Shown here piece by piece: positions 1 to 10,900 of a stretch of DNA of 64,000 nt (the stretch's first letter is position 1; every line of letters begins with the position of its first letter). This DNA is from an uncultured Candidatus Rokubacteria bacterium (GTDB lineage Bacteria; Methylomirabilota; Methylomirabilia; Rokubacteriales; CSP1-6), in the NCBI GenBank assembly GCA_963762145.1, contig CAVXJS010000009.1:64001-128000 (forward strand). The letters are read 5' to 3'. The position numbers were made by a program, and so were the translations under genes. Under the pieces are notes generated by a model. That model was not told the DNA's origin. It was given only the letters and a program-made list of their open reading frames with translations, and ran no database searches.

Positions 1-246
1 CTCTCCAAACTGCGCGCCGAAGAGGAATCCGGCCTTCACGATGTTCGGGAACACGAGGATGCCCGCGGCCTTCGCACCCAGCGCTCGTGCCGCCGGCGAG
101 CCCTCATATAATGAGCGCAACGCCGCCGCGGCGTCGTCGTCGAGTTCGTCCGCCCAGGCCGGTCGGGTCGAGGCCAAGCACATGAGCGCGGTAATGGCCG
201 GCACCAAGACAAACACAAGACCAATGAACCGAGCGTGCTTCCACAT
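1..246 (-). CDS. Lipid-binding SYLF/YSC84-like secreted protein, runs off window start
   Basis: Not in the ORF track; translated by hand from ATG at 246: MWKHARFIGLVFVLVPAITALMCLASTRPAWADELDDDAAAALRSLYEGSPAARALGAKAAGILVFPNIVKAGFLFGAQFGE. Signal peptide, GILVFP..KAGF..G..G motif and a GGAGAAAAGG RBS. Confidence 0.75.
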   Translation of the reverse strand, partial: MWKHARFIGLVFVLVPAITALMCLASTRPAWADELDDDAAAALRSLYEGSPAARALGAKAAGILVFPNIVKAGFLFGAQFGE

Positions 247-619
247 ATCCTTTTCTCCCTGTCAGTTTTCTTTGGATCAACGATCGCTCGGGCGGCATCC
301 AACCATGGACTGCGTCTAGGTTGAGGGGTGTTCAGCCGGGTCGACCAGCGCGAAGCTCGAGCGCTACACCGCGGGAATCTCGACCCACCGGGGAAGAGTC
401 GGGTAAAGATCTCTGCCAAAGCTGTCGAGGGCTCATAGACGTGATCATGTAGCGGCCATCTTACGGAGGTGTCTATGGGACTTCGGTCGTAGACTAGGAG
501 GTATATCGGGTCGACGGAATGCGCAGGATGAAGCATGGAGTTAGAACATTGGCGCTTAAGCTGGTCGGTCGTCCGGCGATACTCAACTGGAAACCTCTAG
601 ACCAATAGGTGACCACAAC

Positions 620-1000
620 ATGCTCAACTTCGTTCCTGACGCACAGCGGTTATCTGAAATATTCTCGAACGCGATAGCCCCCACGTTTTTCCTCGGTGCA
701 GTTGCGGCGTTTGTTTCGCTCATGACTTTGGGGCTGTCAACCGTCATTGAGCGTATTCGGACGCTAAACGGGATAGCCGATGAGGACCACACACGAGCCC
801 GCCTCAAGGTCGATCTTGAGCGCTTGAGGCGCCGCGCTCGCTTCTTGAACAGTGGCATCCTCGCAGCTTTGCGCGGTGGCGTTTGTGCCACTCTTCTTCT
901 CGCTATCATGTTTATCACCGGATTTCTGGGGATAACACACGCCTATGGCGCCGGATTGCTTTTCATCATTGCTACAGCCTTTCTCGGCTTCGCGTTGCGG
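620..1000 (+). pseudogene. DUF2721-family membrane protein, apparently truncated at the C-terminus
   Basis: AIAPTFFLGAV..VIERIR..LRRRARFLN..3 TM pattern; family-like sequence stops after LGFAL and the ORF then runs through unrelated sequence to 1429. Confidence 0.55.
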
Positions 1001-1207
1001 ACGGCCGGTCGGCTCTTGGGGCGGCCAGCGTCCGAGTCGCGGGGCGACCGCCGCAGGAGGGTGCTAATGTTTCCTACGCTCCGTGGTGGTGACCCGGGGG
1101 GTCTGCAGCATGGTGTGGGTTCCAGCTGGCGGGCAAGGCGGTCGCTTGAACGCGCCGCTTGGCGAAGCAGATATGTCAGCCGGCTGACCGGCAACTCGGT
1201 CACTGAC

Positions 1208-1840
1208 TTAGCGTCGAGCGCCCCAGGTGTTCCAATGAGTACGCTCCCGAGCCGGAACCCGTTTCGCCGGCTTGAAGTCGTCACCCGTGAAATAGGCAAC
1301 GGGCAGGCAAACGCTCGGTGTCAGGTTCTCGGGAAGCTGAAGGATTTCGGCGACCTCCTTTTCATAGGTGAAGACAATCGTGGTCCACGCGGCCCCCACC
1401 CCGCGCGCTCGAAGCGCCAGCATCAGTGACCAGGCGATCGGAAGAATGTTTCCGTACAGGCCAGCCAGGCGCTCGGGCGACCGGTTCTCGGGGCGACCCT
1501 CCGTGCACGCGATGATCAGGGCAGGCGCGTCCTCAAAATGATCGTGTAGAGCGATCCATGAGGCGGTGTCACGGGGCTGGGTCTGCATGCCTTCGGCAAT
1601 GGCCTCCGGCGGGTAGAACTGGACGAACGCCCTTCTGTAGAGGTCCGCGAGTGCTCGCCGCTTGGCTGCATCGGTGACGACGATGAACTGATAGCGGCAG
1701 TTCCCGCTGCCTTGGGGTGCCTGAACAGCTATCTCCAGGCACTCCTCGATGAGCTCGGGAGGCACAAGACGTGTCAGGTCGAGGCGGGCCCGGACCGATC
1801 GTGTCGTCGTGAGCAGCTTGTCCACCGTTGCGAGATCCAT
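1208..1840 (-). CDS. Nitroreductase family protein
   Basis: LLTTTRSVRARLD, QAPQGS, WSLMLALRARGVGAAWTT motifs; GGAGGGG RBS. Confidence 0.88.
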   Translation of the reverse strand: MDLATVDKLLTTTRSVRARLDLTRLVPPELIEECLEIAVQAPQGSGNCRYQFIVVTDAAKRRALADLYRRAFVQFYPPEAIAEGMQTQPRDTASWIALHDHFEDAPALIIACTEGRPENRSPERLAGLYGNILPIAWSLMLALRARGVGAAWTTIVFTYEKEVAEILQLPENLTPSVCLPVAYFTGDDFKPAKRVPARERTHWNTWGARR

Positions 1841-1896
1841 CGTCCCCTCCCCCCAGAGACTCTCTCAGTTTCAAGCACCGGCCGCGCCGTCTGGAC

Positions 1897-2553
1897 CTAG
1901 CGCTGCTGTCCCCAGCCGTCCCAGTACGTCCGGGCACGAGCCGGGATCCTCGGCCCCGGCTTGAAGGTCGTGCCGGTGTAGTACGCCACGCCAAGGTGGA
2001 CCACCTGAGTCACGTCATCGGGGATCCCGAGCAGGGCCGCCACCTCCTTCTCGTGATAGAGGTGAAGCGTCGTCCACGCCGTGCCGAGGCCGCGGGAGCG
2101 CAGCGCCAGCATCAGGGACCACGCCGCGGGCAAGATGCTGCCATATCGGGTAGCTTGCCGAAAGGTGCCCGCTGTCTCGAAGCGACTCTCGACACAGGGG
2201 ATGATGTGGACTGGCACTTCGCCCAGGTGGTCGGCGAGGTAGCTGGCAGAGTTCTGTTGAGTCGCCGAGCGCTGCTGGTACACGGGCAGGCCTGGGTCCC
2301 CTGCGCCGGAGAGGGGCGCGTGCTCCTGGTGGAAGACCTTCCTGTAGATGGCGCCGATGGCCGCGCGCTTCACCGGATCGGTGACCACGACGAAGTGATA
2401 CCGGTTCTGGTTTCCGCCGTTCGGCGCTTGGATAGCAAGCTCGAGGCACTCTTGAATCACCGCAGGCTCCACCGGCCGCCTCAGGTCCAGGCGCTTCCGG
2501 ACCGTCCTCGTCGTGGTCAACAGCTGATCGACGGTCGCGCGGTCCATATGCAC
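1897..2553 (-). CDS. Nitroreductase family protein, tandem paralog
   Basis: LLTTTRTVRKRLD, QAPNGGN, WSLMLALRSRGLGTAWTT; clearly homologous to 1208-1840. Confidence 0.88.
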   Translation of the reverse strand: MHMDRATVDQLLTTTRTVRKRLDLRRPVEPAVIQECLELAIQAPNGGNQNRYHFVVVTDPVKRAAIGAIYRKVFHQEHAPLSGAGDPGLPVYQQRSATQQNSASYLADHLGEVPVHIIPCVESRFETAGTFRQATRYGSILPAAWSLMLALRSRGLGTAWTTLHLYHEKEVAALLGIPDDVTQVVHLGVAYYTGTTFKPGPRIPARARTYWDGWGQQR

Positions 2554-2660
2554 TCTCCTCCGAGTGTGTGTTGCTCGGTGAGCCTCGGGCGCCAGCAGGC
2601 GGGATTGTAGCCGATCAGAAACACGGCGGGTGGGTCGAGGAGCCGGTCACGGCTCCCCAG

Positions 2661-3491
2661 TCATCCACCAGCCCGGCAGATGATCTCCGTCGGCGAGATG
2701 AGGCCGGCCTCGATAACGCTCACCATGTTGGCGATCTTCTGGGGGGTCGTCGCACCCATGAGGAGATGCAGCCCGAGGGGCGGCGCGCCGCTCTGCGTGA
2801 TGCGCGCGCGCAGTTCCCGGAAGAACGTGATCGCGAACTCGCGGCGGCTGCGCTGGGCGAGCACCTCGAAGCCCGCGGCGGCCAGTAGCCGGGCGTAGGT
2901 AGCGCTCGATTCGACGAAGCTCGTCTCCGAGCTCCCGGCCCACGGCACCGGGTAGGTGAGGGCGCCCTCACCCTCCCGCATCACATCGTAGACGCCGAAC
3001 ACCCCCCGCGGCTTGAGCACCTGTCGCACCTGTGCGAACAGAGCGGCTTTGTCGGCGATGTTCATCCCGACGTGGAGCATGTAAGCGCCGTCGAAGGTAC
3101 CAGCGGGGAAGGGCAGGGCGAGCGCGCTGCCGTGCCGGTACGAGACCCGGCCAGCGAGGCCGGTCCGCTCCGACAGCGCCTGCGCGACCCGGACGTATTC
3201 CTCGGTGAGGTCGATGCCGGTGACCGTGCAGCCAAGCACGTGCGCGAAGTAGCGAGAGGCCCCGCCAAGCCCCGAGCCGATGTCGAGCAGGTGCATGCCC
3301 CGGGTGACGCGAAGCTCGGCGGCGAAGTCGACCGTCGCCTGGCGGCCGCCAATGTGGAACTCGTCCACCGGGGCGAGATCGCCTGGCTCGAGCCGGTCTG
3401 GGTCCTTGCCCGCCCCTCGGAGCGCGTCGAGCACCGTACGCTCGAGCGCCCCGTGCGTGTAATGCTGCGCCACTGTCTCTTCGGTTCCCAT
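2661..3491 (-). CDS. Class I SAM-dependent methyltransferase (sarcosine/dimethylglycine N-methyltransferase-like)
   Basis: DEFHIGG, LLDIGSGLGG, GIDLT, LPFPAGTFD motifs; start reassigned to MGTEETVAQHY (3491). Confidence 0.85.
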   Translation of the reverse strand: MGTEETVAQHYTHGALERTVLDALRGAGKDPDRLEPGDLAPVDEFHIGGRQATVDFAAELRVTRGMHLLDIGSGLGGASRYFAHVLGCTVTGIDLTEEYVRVAQALSERTGLAGRVSYRHGSALALPFPAGTFDGAYMLHVGMNIADKAALFAQVRQVLKPRGVFGVYDVMREGEGALTYPVPWAGSSETSFVESSATYARLLAAAGFEVLAQRSRREFAITFFRELRARITQSGAPPLGLHLLMGATTPQKIANMVSVIEAGLISPTEIICRAGG

Positions 3492-3713
3492 GAACTCCCC
3501 CGTTAGCTGATACGTCGCGATCCTGAGGAGCGAGGTATTCACACCCTTAAGGGCGTCCCGGGTGAGTGGCGCCTCTACGCGCTCGGCGCTGCCCGGGTCG
3601 GTGCGGCCTGATTCACACGCGCCTCTCGGTGCACTGACCCCCGCCCCGATTTGCCGCTCCGGGGCGCGGCTCTTGGGAGCCGCTCCTGCCCGGGAAGGTC
3701 GTACCAACTGTGT

Positions 3714-3792
3714 TGGTGACCCCGGCGGGATTCGAACCCGCGATCTCGACCTTGAAAGGGTCGCGTCCTTGGCCAGGCTAGACGACGGGGTC
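3714..3792 (-). tRNA. tRNA-Glu (TTC)
   Basis: GACCCCG/CGGGGTC acceptor stem, CGACC-CTTTCAA-GGTCG anticodon arm, GGTTCGAATCC T arm, encoded CCA. Confidence 0.97.
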
Positions 3793-6108
3793 CCTGGGCC
3801 TATCGTGGAAGGAACAGCGGCATGATAGCAGGCGGCCCGGGGCGCGACAACCGGCGGCGGGGGATCGAAGCTGGCGCGGGTCGGGAAACGCGATGAAGAA
3901 GGTGCTCCCCTGGCCGGGCGCGGACTCGGCCCAGGCACGACCACCGTGGCGCTCCGCGACCTTGCGGACGATGGCGAGGCCGACCCCGGTGCCCGGATAG
4001 TCTTCCTGGCGGTGCAGCCGCTCGAAGATCCCGAAGATGCGGTCGTGATACTGCATGTCGAAGCCGACGCCGCGGTCGGCGACCGAGACCAGCACCGCGC
4101 CGGCCTCGCGGTACGAGCGCACCGTGATGGTGCCGCCCTGCGCCGGACTGAACTTGACCGCGTTCGAGAGCAGATTGGCCACCGCCTCCTGCAACCCCTG
4201 CCGCTCGCTCATGATCTCCGGCACGGCCAGGTCCAGGGTCACGATCAGGCCGCGGGCCGCGATCTCGCCCGCCAGGTCTTCCAGCATCGGATCCAGGAGT
4301 GGCTTGAGAGCGACGGGCCGGCGCTCGATCGCGCGCTGCTGGATGCGCGAGTACTGCAGGAGGTCGTCGATGAGATCGGCCATCCGCTCGGACGCGGCGC
4401 GGATCCGCGAGAGGAACTGCCGCCCCGGCTCGTCGAGCCGGTCCGCGTAGTCTTCCTCGAGCGCCTGGGCGAAGCCGGCCATGCCGCGCAGCGGGGCCTT
4501 CAGATCGTGCGACACGGTGTGCGTGAATGCCTCGAGCTCGCGGTTGGCCCCTTCGAGCTCGCGGGTGCGCTCCTCGACACGCGCTTCGAGCTCCACCGTG
4601 TGCCGCTTCACCTGCTCGAGCAGCCGCGCCTGCACGATCGCGATCGCGAGCTGGGTCGCCACCTCCCGGGCGATGTCAACCTGCTCGTCCGGGAAATGCG
4701 ACTGCTCGCCGCCGAAGCTGACCGAGCCGATCAGCTGATCGCCAACGACCATCGGCACCACCATGTACACGAGGACCCCGGAGGCGCGGAGGGCGTCGGT
4801 CTCCGGGCCGGGCGGCAGGGTGTCGACGGCGATCACCTGGGACTCGCCGCGCCGGAGGGCCTCGAGGTCCCCCGCGAAGCGCAGCGGATAGCGTACGCCG
4901 GGGCCCACGTGCATCCGGTGGCGGCCGACGGCGGCCAGCCACTCGACCTCTCCCGCTTCCCAGTCGAACAGGTTCACGATCGCGCGCGGGACCCCGAGGA
5001 GGTCCCGGAGGCGCCAGAGGACCGCCTCCGCGATGGCCACCGGGGCGGTCTCGGTGATGATGGCGCGGTCGATCTCGTGCAGGAGCCGCAGGCGCTCTGC
5101 CTGCTTGGCCACCGCCTCCTGCGTCTGGGCCGTGCTGAGCGCGATGGCGGCCTGGTCGGCGAAGGCCTGCAGGAGGGCGATCTCGCGCTCGGCGAAGACG
5201 CGGGGAGCCGGGCTGCCCACGGAGAGCACACCGATGACCTTGCCGGCCACGCGCAGGGGCACCGCGATGCCGGCCACGATCCCGACGGCGATGTTGCGCT
5301 CGCGAATCGCCGTGTCGACGGTAAACCGCTCGTCGCTGCGGATGTCGCCCGTCCACATGGGGCGCCCTTCCACGAAGGCCCGCCCGACGAGGCCGATCCC
5401 GGCGGGCACGAAGTCGCCGGTGGCTCCGTACTCCCGGGCCCGGCCCCCAAGCGCGATGGCGCTGAGCCGACCGTCCGCACGAAGGAGGCGGATCGCCGAG
5501 CTGTGGACGCCCAGCAGGCCGAGCACGCCATCGGCGATGCGCTGGCCCGCCGCGGCGACGTCGAGCCGCTCGCTGACCAGGCGGGCAACCCGGGCCAGCT
5601 CCTCGCTCTCCTGACGCTGCCGCGCGAGCCCCGCCCCGAGGCGCGCGTTCTCGAGCACGAGCGCCATCTGCTCCGCGAGGCTCGACAGCAGGACCATGTC
5701 CGATTCGGTGAAGCGCTGGCCGGTCAAGGTGGCCAGGACCAGGCTCCCGGCGGCCGCGCCGGCGGTCGGGACCGGGACCGCGGCCAGGGCGCCCAGACCC
5801 CCGCGCGCGATCGCGGTACGCGCGGTCGGATCGAGCGTGAGATCGCGCTCGGCGAGCACGTCGGGGGTACAGAGGGCTCGGCCCGCGCGGCACGCGCGCT
5901 CGCCGAAGGCGAGCTCCGCAGCCGCTCCGCCGGATGCCTCCGACAGGGTATCCTCGGCGGGGACCGTCACCCCGGTCAGCGGGGCCGGATCGGGCTCGAG
6001 CCGCCAGACGAGGCGCGCGCGACGGGCGCCGAGGAGCCGCATCGCGGACGTCGCGATGCGCTCGGCGGCCCGGACGACGTCGACCGCGTCATCCGGCAAC
6101 GGCCCCAT
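3778..6108 (-). CDS. Cytoplasmic GAF-GAF-GAF sensor histidine kinase
   Basis: Three GAF-type ends (LAEQMALVLEN, FADQAAIAL, VATQLAIAI); H box VSHDLKAPL; N box NLLSNAVKF; G boxes DRGVGF and GTGVGL; no TM segment. Confidence 0.9.
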   Translation of the reverse strand: MGPLPDDAVDVVRAAERIATSAMRLLGARRARLVWRLEPDPAPLTGVTVPAEDTLSEASGGAAAELAFGERACRAGRALCTPDVLAERDLTLDPTARTAIARGGLGALAAVPVPTAGAAAGSLVLATLTGQRFTESDMVLLSSLAEQMALVLENARLGAGLARQRQESEELARVARLVSERLDVAAAGQRIADGVLGLLGVHSSAIRLLRADGRLSAIALGGRAREYGATGDFVPAGIGLVGRAFVEGRPMWTGDIRSDERFTVDTAIRERNIAVGIVAGIAVPLRVAGKVIGVLSVGSPAPRVFAEREIALLQAFADQAAIALSTAQTQEAVAKQAERLRLLHEIDRAIITETAPVAIAEAVLWRLRDLLGVPRAIVNLFDWEAGEVEWLAAVGRHRMHVGPGVRYPLRFAGDLEALRRGESQVIAVDTLPPGPETDALRASGVLVYMVVPMVVGDQLIGSVSFGGEQSHFPDEQVDIAREVATQLAIAIVQARLLEQVKRHTVELEARVEERTRELEGANRELEAFTHTVSHDLKAPLRGMAGFAQALEEDYADRLDEPGRQFLSRIRAASERMADLIDDLLQYSRIQQRAIERRPVALKPLLDPMLEDLAGEIAARGLIVTLDLAVPEIMSERQGLQEAVANLLSNAVKFSPAQGGTITVRSYREAGAVLVSVADRGVGFDMQYHDRIFGIFERLHRQEDYPGTGVGLAIVRKVAERHGGRAWAESAPGQGSTFFIAFPDPRQLRSPAAGCRAPGRLLSCRCSFHDRPRDPVV
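3822..3850 (-). promoter_or_regulatory. Putative sigma70 promoter of tRNA-Glu
   Basis: TTGTCG-N17-TATCAT about 30 nt upstream of the tRNA 5' end. Confidence 0.5.
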
Positions 6109-6166
6109 GCATCAAGGGTACACCGACCGATGTTTTCTCTGCGCCGGCGGCGCGAAGGAGGACTGC

Positions 6167-7009
6167 GTGACGAACATGGCCCGGCGCGTGGCGGAGAGCC
6201 ACCGCTTCCAGCACTTCATCCTCATGATCATCCTGATCACCGCGGTCATCGTCGGACTGGAGACGTCCGAGACGCTGGTGGCCGACTACGGCTGGCTTTT
6301 CGAGGTGGCGGACACGGTCGTCCAGACGATCTTCCTGATCGAGATCGCGGTCCGGCTCGTGGCCCACTGGCCCCGCCTCGGCCGGTTCTTCCAGGACGGC
6401 TGGAACGTCTTCGACCTGGTGGTGGTGGTCGCCGCGCTCATGCCCCAGGCCGGCGGGTTCGCGATGGTGGCTCGGCTCGCGCGGCTCATGCGGGTGACGC
6501 GGATCATCTCCGCCTTCCCGGAGCTCCGCCTCATCGTGAGCACGATGCTCCGGTCCATCCCGTCCATGGGCCACATCCTGATCATGCTGGGCCTGCTGCT
6601 CTACGTGTACGGCGTGATTGGATTCTACCTCTTCCGCGAGTACGATCCCGAGCACTGGGGCACGCTCGGGGCGGCGTTCCTGACCCTGTTCCAGATGGTC
6701 ACCCTGGAAGGCTGGGTGGAAATCCAGGCCGCGGTGCTGGGAGAGATGCCATTCGCGTGGGTGTACTTCACCAGCTTCGTGCTCGTCGCGGTGTTCGTCG
6801 TCGTGAACCTCTTCATCGCGGTGGTGCTGAACAATCTCGAGTCGGCCAAGATCGAGTTCCAGGCCGGAGAGGATCAGCGGAACCCGCAGCGGGCGCTGCT
6901 CGAGTCCATCGAGGTCGTGAAGGCGCGGCTCGAGGAGCTGGAGCGGGAGCTCCGGGCCGACCGCCCTGAAACCCCTCGCCCGGCCCTCTCCCCGAAAGGG
7001 AGAGGGTGA
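6167..7009 (+). CDS. Voltage-gated cation channel (BacNav family, 6TM)
   Basis: AAGGAGG RBS before GTG 6167; WNVFD motif; S4 RLARLMRVTR; pore TLEGWVE; S6 NLFIAV; C-terminal coiled coil. Confidence 0.9.
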   Translation: MTNMARRVAESHRFQHFILMIILITAVIVGLETSETLVADYGWLFEVADTVVQTIFLIEIAVRLVAHWPRLGRFFQDGWNVFDLVVVVAALMPQAGGFAMVARLARLMRVTRIISAFPELRLIVSTMLRSIPSMGHILIMLGLLLYVYGVIGFYLFREYDPEHWGTLGAAFLTLFQMVTLEGWVEIQAAVLGEMPFAWVYFTSFVLVAVFVVVNLFIAVVLNNLESAKIEFQAGEDQRNPQRALLESIEVVKARLEELERELRADRPETPRPALSPKGRG

Positions 7010-7016
7010 GAGCAGA

Positions 7017-7952
7017 TCAGGGCTTCGAGTAGGAGACGAAGAAGGAGCCGAACTCGATCGGCTCGAAGCAGTCGGGGAGCTTCCCGTGCCCCCACGTGCC
7101 CGGGATCTTCTGCACGTGGAAGTTCAGCTCGTGGCCGAAGCGCTGGTAGAGCTCGCCTTCGCTGAAGACGCGGCAGTGGTCGGCGTAGCCGTGGATGGGC
7201 GCGTAGTCCGGGATGGGGCCGATCGCCCGGAACTCGTGCATGGGCACCACGAAGCAGAAGCGGCCGCGAGGCCGCAGCACGGTCATGATCGAGCCGATGG
7301 TCTCGTCCACGTCGCGCACGTGCTCCAGCACCGCGAAGGAGTAGACCAGGTCGAACGAGGCCGGCGCGAAGGCCTGGTGGACCTCCTCGGCCAGCCCCTG
7401 CCGGAAGCGCGCGTTGCGGAAACGATTGAGCCGCGCCGCGATCTTCACGTTGGTGACGGCCACCTCGACGCCGTCCACCTCCATCTCCGGGTGGCGCGAG
7501 GCGAGCGCCATGGCCACGCCCCCCTCTCCGCTGCCCGCGTCCAGCACGCGGCGCGGCCGCACCGCCGCCACCTCCCGCTCGAGCGCCTGGAACTCGGGGT
7601 CCCGGCCGCGGCGCTCGATCATCTTGCGGGTCTTGCGCCCCAGCATCATGCGCAGGCGCTTCTCGATGAGCTTGAGCCCGCCGCGCCAGCGAAGGCGGCG
7701 GTACTGCTGGTCCTGGGCGGAGATGTAGGCCTCGCGGCTCGCGAGATGCGTCAGCCACGAGCGGATGCGCGCGGCCTGCTCGGCGTAGCGCGGGTGCGGA
7801 TGGGCCGCGTGGGCCGCTTCCAGCATCTCGAGCGCCCCGTAGATGTTCTCGCGATAGAGCTCGAAGCGGACGGCCTGGAGCGCTGCGTCCGGATCGCGAG
7901 GGTCGGCGCCGAGCCGCGCGAGGGGCCCCTCGGCGCCAGCGGACGCGGCCAT
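7017..7952 (-). CDS. Class I SAM-dependent methyltransferase with helical N-terminal extension
   Basis: VLDAGSGEG, FDLVYSFAVLEHV, LRPRG; start overlaps the RND permease stop. Confidence 0.8.
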   Translation of the reverse strand: MAASAGAEGPLARLGADPRDPDAALQAVRFELYRENIYGALEMLEAAHAAHPHPRYAEQAARIRSWLTHLASREAYISAQDQQYRRLRWRGGLKLIEKRLRMMLGRKTRKMIERRGRDPEFQALEREVAAVRPRRVLDAGSGEGGVAMALASRHPEMEVDGVEVAVTNVKIAARLNRFRNARFRQGLAEEVHQAFAPASFDLVYSFAVLEHVRDVDETIGSIMTVLRPRGRFCFVVPMHEFRAIGPIPDYAPIHGYADHCRVFSEGELYQRFGHELNFHVQKIPGTWGHGKLPDCFEPIEFGSFFVSYSKP

Positions 7953-10900
7953 CAGTCGGCCGGCCGCGGGGTGAGGTCGGACACCACCGTACGTTTTCGG
8001 GCCGACCGCTCCCGGAGGCGCTCCAGGTAGAGGTAGATGACCGGCGTGATGTAGAGCGTCAGGAGCTGGGAGAGGATGAGCCCGCCGACCACCGCCAGGC
8101 CGAGGGACCGGCGGGCGTCGGCGCCGGCCCCGATCCCCACCGCGATCGGCAGCGTGCCCATGAGGGCCGCCATCGTCGTCATCATGATCGGACGGAAGCG
8201 CAGCAGGCAGCCCTGGTAGATCGCGTCGGCGGCGGGGCGGCCCTTGCGCTGCGCGTCGATGGCGAAGTCGATCATCATGATGGCGTTCTTCTTCACGATG
8301 CCGACCAGCATGATGATCCCGACGAAGCCGTAGAGGTTCAGCTCCTGATTGAAGAGGATGCAGGGTGAGCGAGCGCGCCCACCCCCGCCGACGGCAGCCC
8401 GGAGAGGATCGTGAGCGGGTGGATGAAGCTCTCGTAGAGGATGCCCAGGATCAGGTAGATGACGAGGACGGCGGCCAGGAGCAGCAGCCCCAGACCCTGC
8501 AGCGAGCGCTGGAAGGCCTGCACGGTGCCCTGGAAGCTCGTGCTGAGCGTGGCGGGCAGGCGTCAGATCGCGCTCCACCTTCTGGATCTCGGCCGACCGC
8601 GTCGCCCAGGGGCACGCTCGGCGGCAGGTTGAAGGACACGGTCACCGCCGGGAGCTGGCCCAGGTGGTTCACGGTGAGCGGGCCCACCGTGCGGGTCAGC
8701 TTGGCCACCGTGCCGAGCGGCACGAGCTTGCCGCCGGCGGACCGGATGTAGAGCAGCGAGAGCGCGGCGGGATCGCGCTGGTACTGCGGCAGCAGCTCCA
8801 TCATCACCCAGTACTGGTTGGTCGGGGTGTAGATGGTCGAGACCTGCGGCGAGCCGTAGGCGTTGTTGAGCGCGGCCTCGATCTGCATCGCGGTCACCCC
8901 GAGCGCGGCGGCCTTCTCGCGGTCGATCTCGACCAGCACCTGCGGGCTCGTGATCTGCAGGTCCGAGTTGACGTCGAGGAAGCCGGGCAGGCCCTTGCAT
9001 CCGCTCGAACAGGATCGGGGCCCAGTGGTAGAGGGTCTGCAGATCGGCGTCCTGGAGCGTGTACTGGTACTGGCCCTTGGTGAGCTGGCCGCCGATCCGG
9101 ATCGTCGGCAGCACCTGCGGATAGACGTTGATGCCCGGGATGCCGCGCGAGCTTCTGCCGCAGGTCCTTCACGATCTCGTCCGCGGTGGGCCGCTCGGAG
9201 GTGGGCTTGAGCCGCATGAAGATGCGGCCGGTGTTCATGACCACGCTCGAGCCGCTCGCCCCGATCGCCGGAGAAGAACGACGCCGACGTACGGCTGCTG
9301 GCCGCACGATGCCCGCCGCCTTGAGCTGGTGCTCCATCATGCCCTCGAAGGAGATGTCCTGCGCGGCCTCGGTGAACGCGAAGATCTGCCCGGTGTCCTC
9401 GTTGGGGATGAAGCCCTTGGGGATGATCACGAAGAGGTAGCCGGTCAGCACCAGCGGTGGCGAAGAAGATCGCCGAGGGTGAAGCGCGGGTGCCGCAGCG
9501 CGAGGCTGCAGCGAGCGCTCGTAGGCGGCGAGCATGCCCGTGAAGACGCGCTCGGAGGCCGCGTAGACGCGCCCGTGCGCCTCCCGCGGCGGCCGCAGGA
9601 AGCGGCTGCACAGCATCGGGGTGAGGGTCAGCGAGACGAAGCCGGAGACGATGACCGCGGCGCCGATCACCACCGCGAACTCGTGGAGCAGCCGGCCCAC
9701 GATGCCGCCCATGAAGAGCACGGGCAGGAACACCGCGGCGAGCGACGCGGTCATCGAGACGATGGTGAAGCCGATCTCGCGCGCGCCCTCGAGGGCCGCC
9801 TCCATCCGGCCCCTTCCCGTCCTCCATGTGGCGCACGATGTTCTCGAGCATCACGATCGCGTCGTCCACGACGAAGCCCACCGCCAGGGTCAGCGCCATC
9901 AGCGAGAGGTTGTCGATGGTGTAGCCGAGCACGTACATGACCATGAACGTGCCGACGATCGACATCGGCAGCGCGAGGCTCGGGATGACGGTGGCCGAGA
10001 CGTTGCGCAGGAACAGGAAGATCACCAGCACCACCAGCGCGATGGCGAGGAGCAGGGTGAACTGCACGTCGTGGACCGAGTCCCGGATCGAGACCGACCG
10101 GTCGTAGAGGATGTTCAGGTTCACCGCGGCCGGGAGCTGGGCCCGGAACGGCGGGCATGATCCGGTTGATCGCGTCCACCACCTCGATGGTGTTGGTGCC
10201 GGGCTGCTTCTGGATCGCCAGCACCACCGCGCGCTCGTCCTTGTACCAGGAGGCGACCTTGTCGGTCTGCACGCCGTCGATCACGCGCCCGAGCTGCTCG
10301 AGCCGCACCGGCGAGCCGTTGCGGTAGGCCACGATCAGCGGCCGGTACGCGGCGGCGGTGGTGAGCTGCCCGGTGGCCTGCACGCTGAAGGCCTGGTTCG
10401 GCCCCCAGAGCGTGCCGGTGGGCAGGTTCACGTTGCTGTCGGCGAGGGCCTTCTGCACCTCGTCGATGCCGATGCCGAGCGTGGCCATCGCGCTCGGATC
10501 GAGCTGGACCCGCACCGCGTACTTCTGCGAGCCGAAGATCCCGCACCTGGGCCACCCCGCTGATCGTCGAGATGCGCTGCGCGAGGATGGTCTGCGCGTA
10601 CTCGTCCACCACGTAGAGCGGCAGGGTCGGCGAGCTGAGCGCGAGATACAGGATCGGCTGGTCGGCCGGGTTGACCTTCTTGTACGACGGCGGCGTGGGC
10701 ATGCCCGGCGGCATCTGGGGCTGCGCGGCGGCGATCGCCGCCTGCACGTCCTGGGCCGCGGCGTCGATGTTCCGCTCGAGCGTGAACTGGATCGTGATCT
10801 GCGTCGATGCCGAGCGCGCTCGTCGAGGTCATCGAGTCGATGCCCGCGATGGTCGAGAACTGCTTCTCGAGCGGCGTCGCCACCGCGGAGGCCATGGTGT

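Noticed and set aside
3778-3890. Kinase C-terminal tail overlapping the tRNA-Glu promoter and 5' end
   Set aside because: Likely a missed stop from an indel or trivial read-through; the tail is not domain-like.
2661-3944. 427-aa version of the methyltransferase
   Set aside because: The extension runs through tRNA-Glu; the real start is probably 3491.
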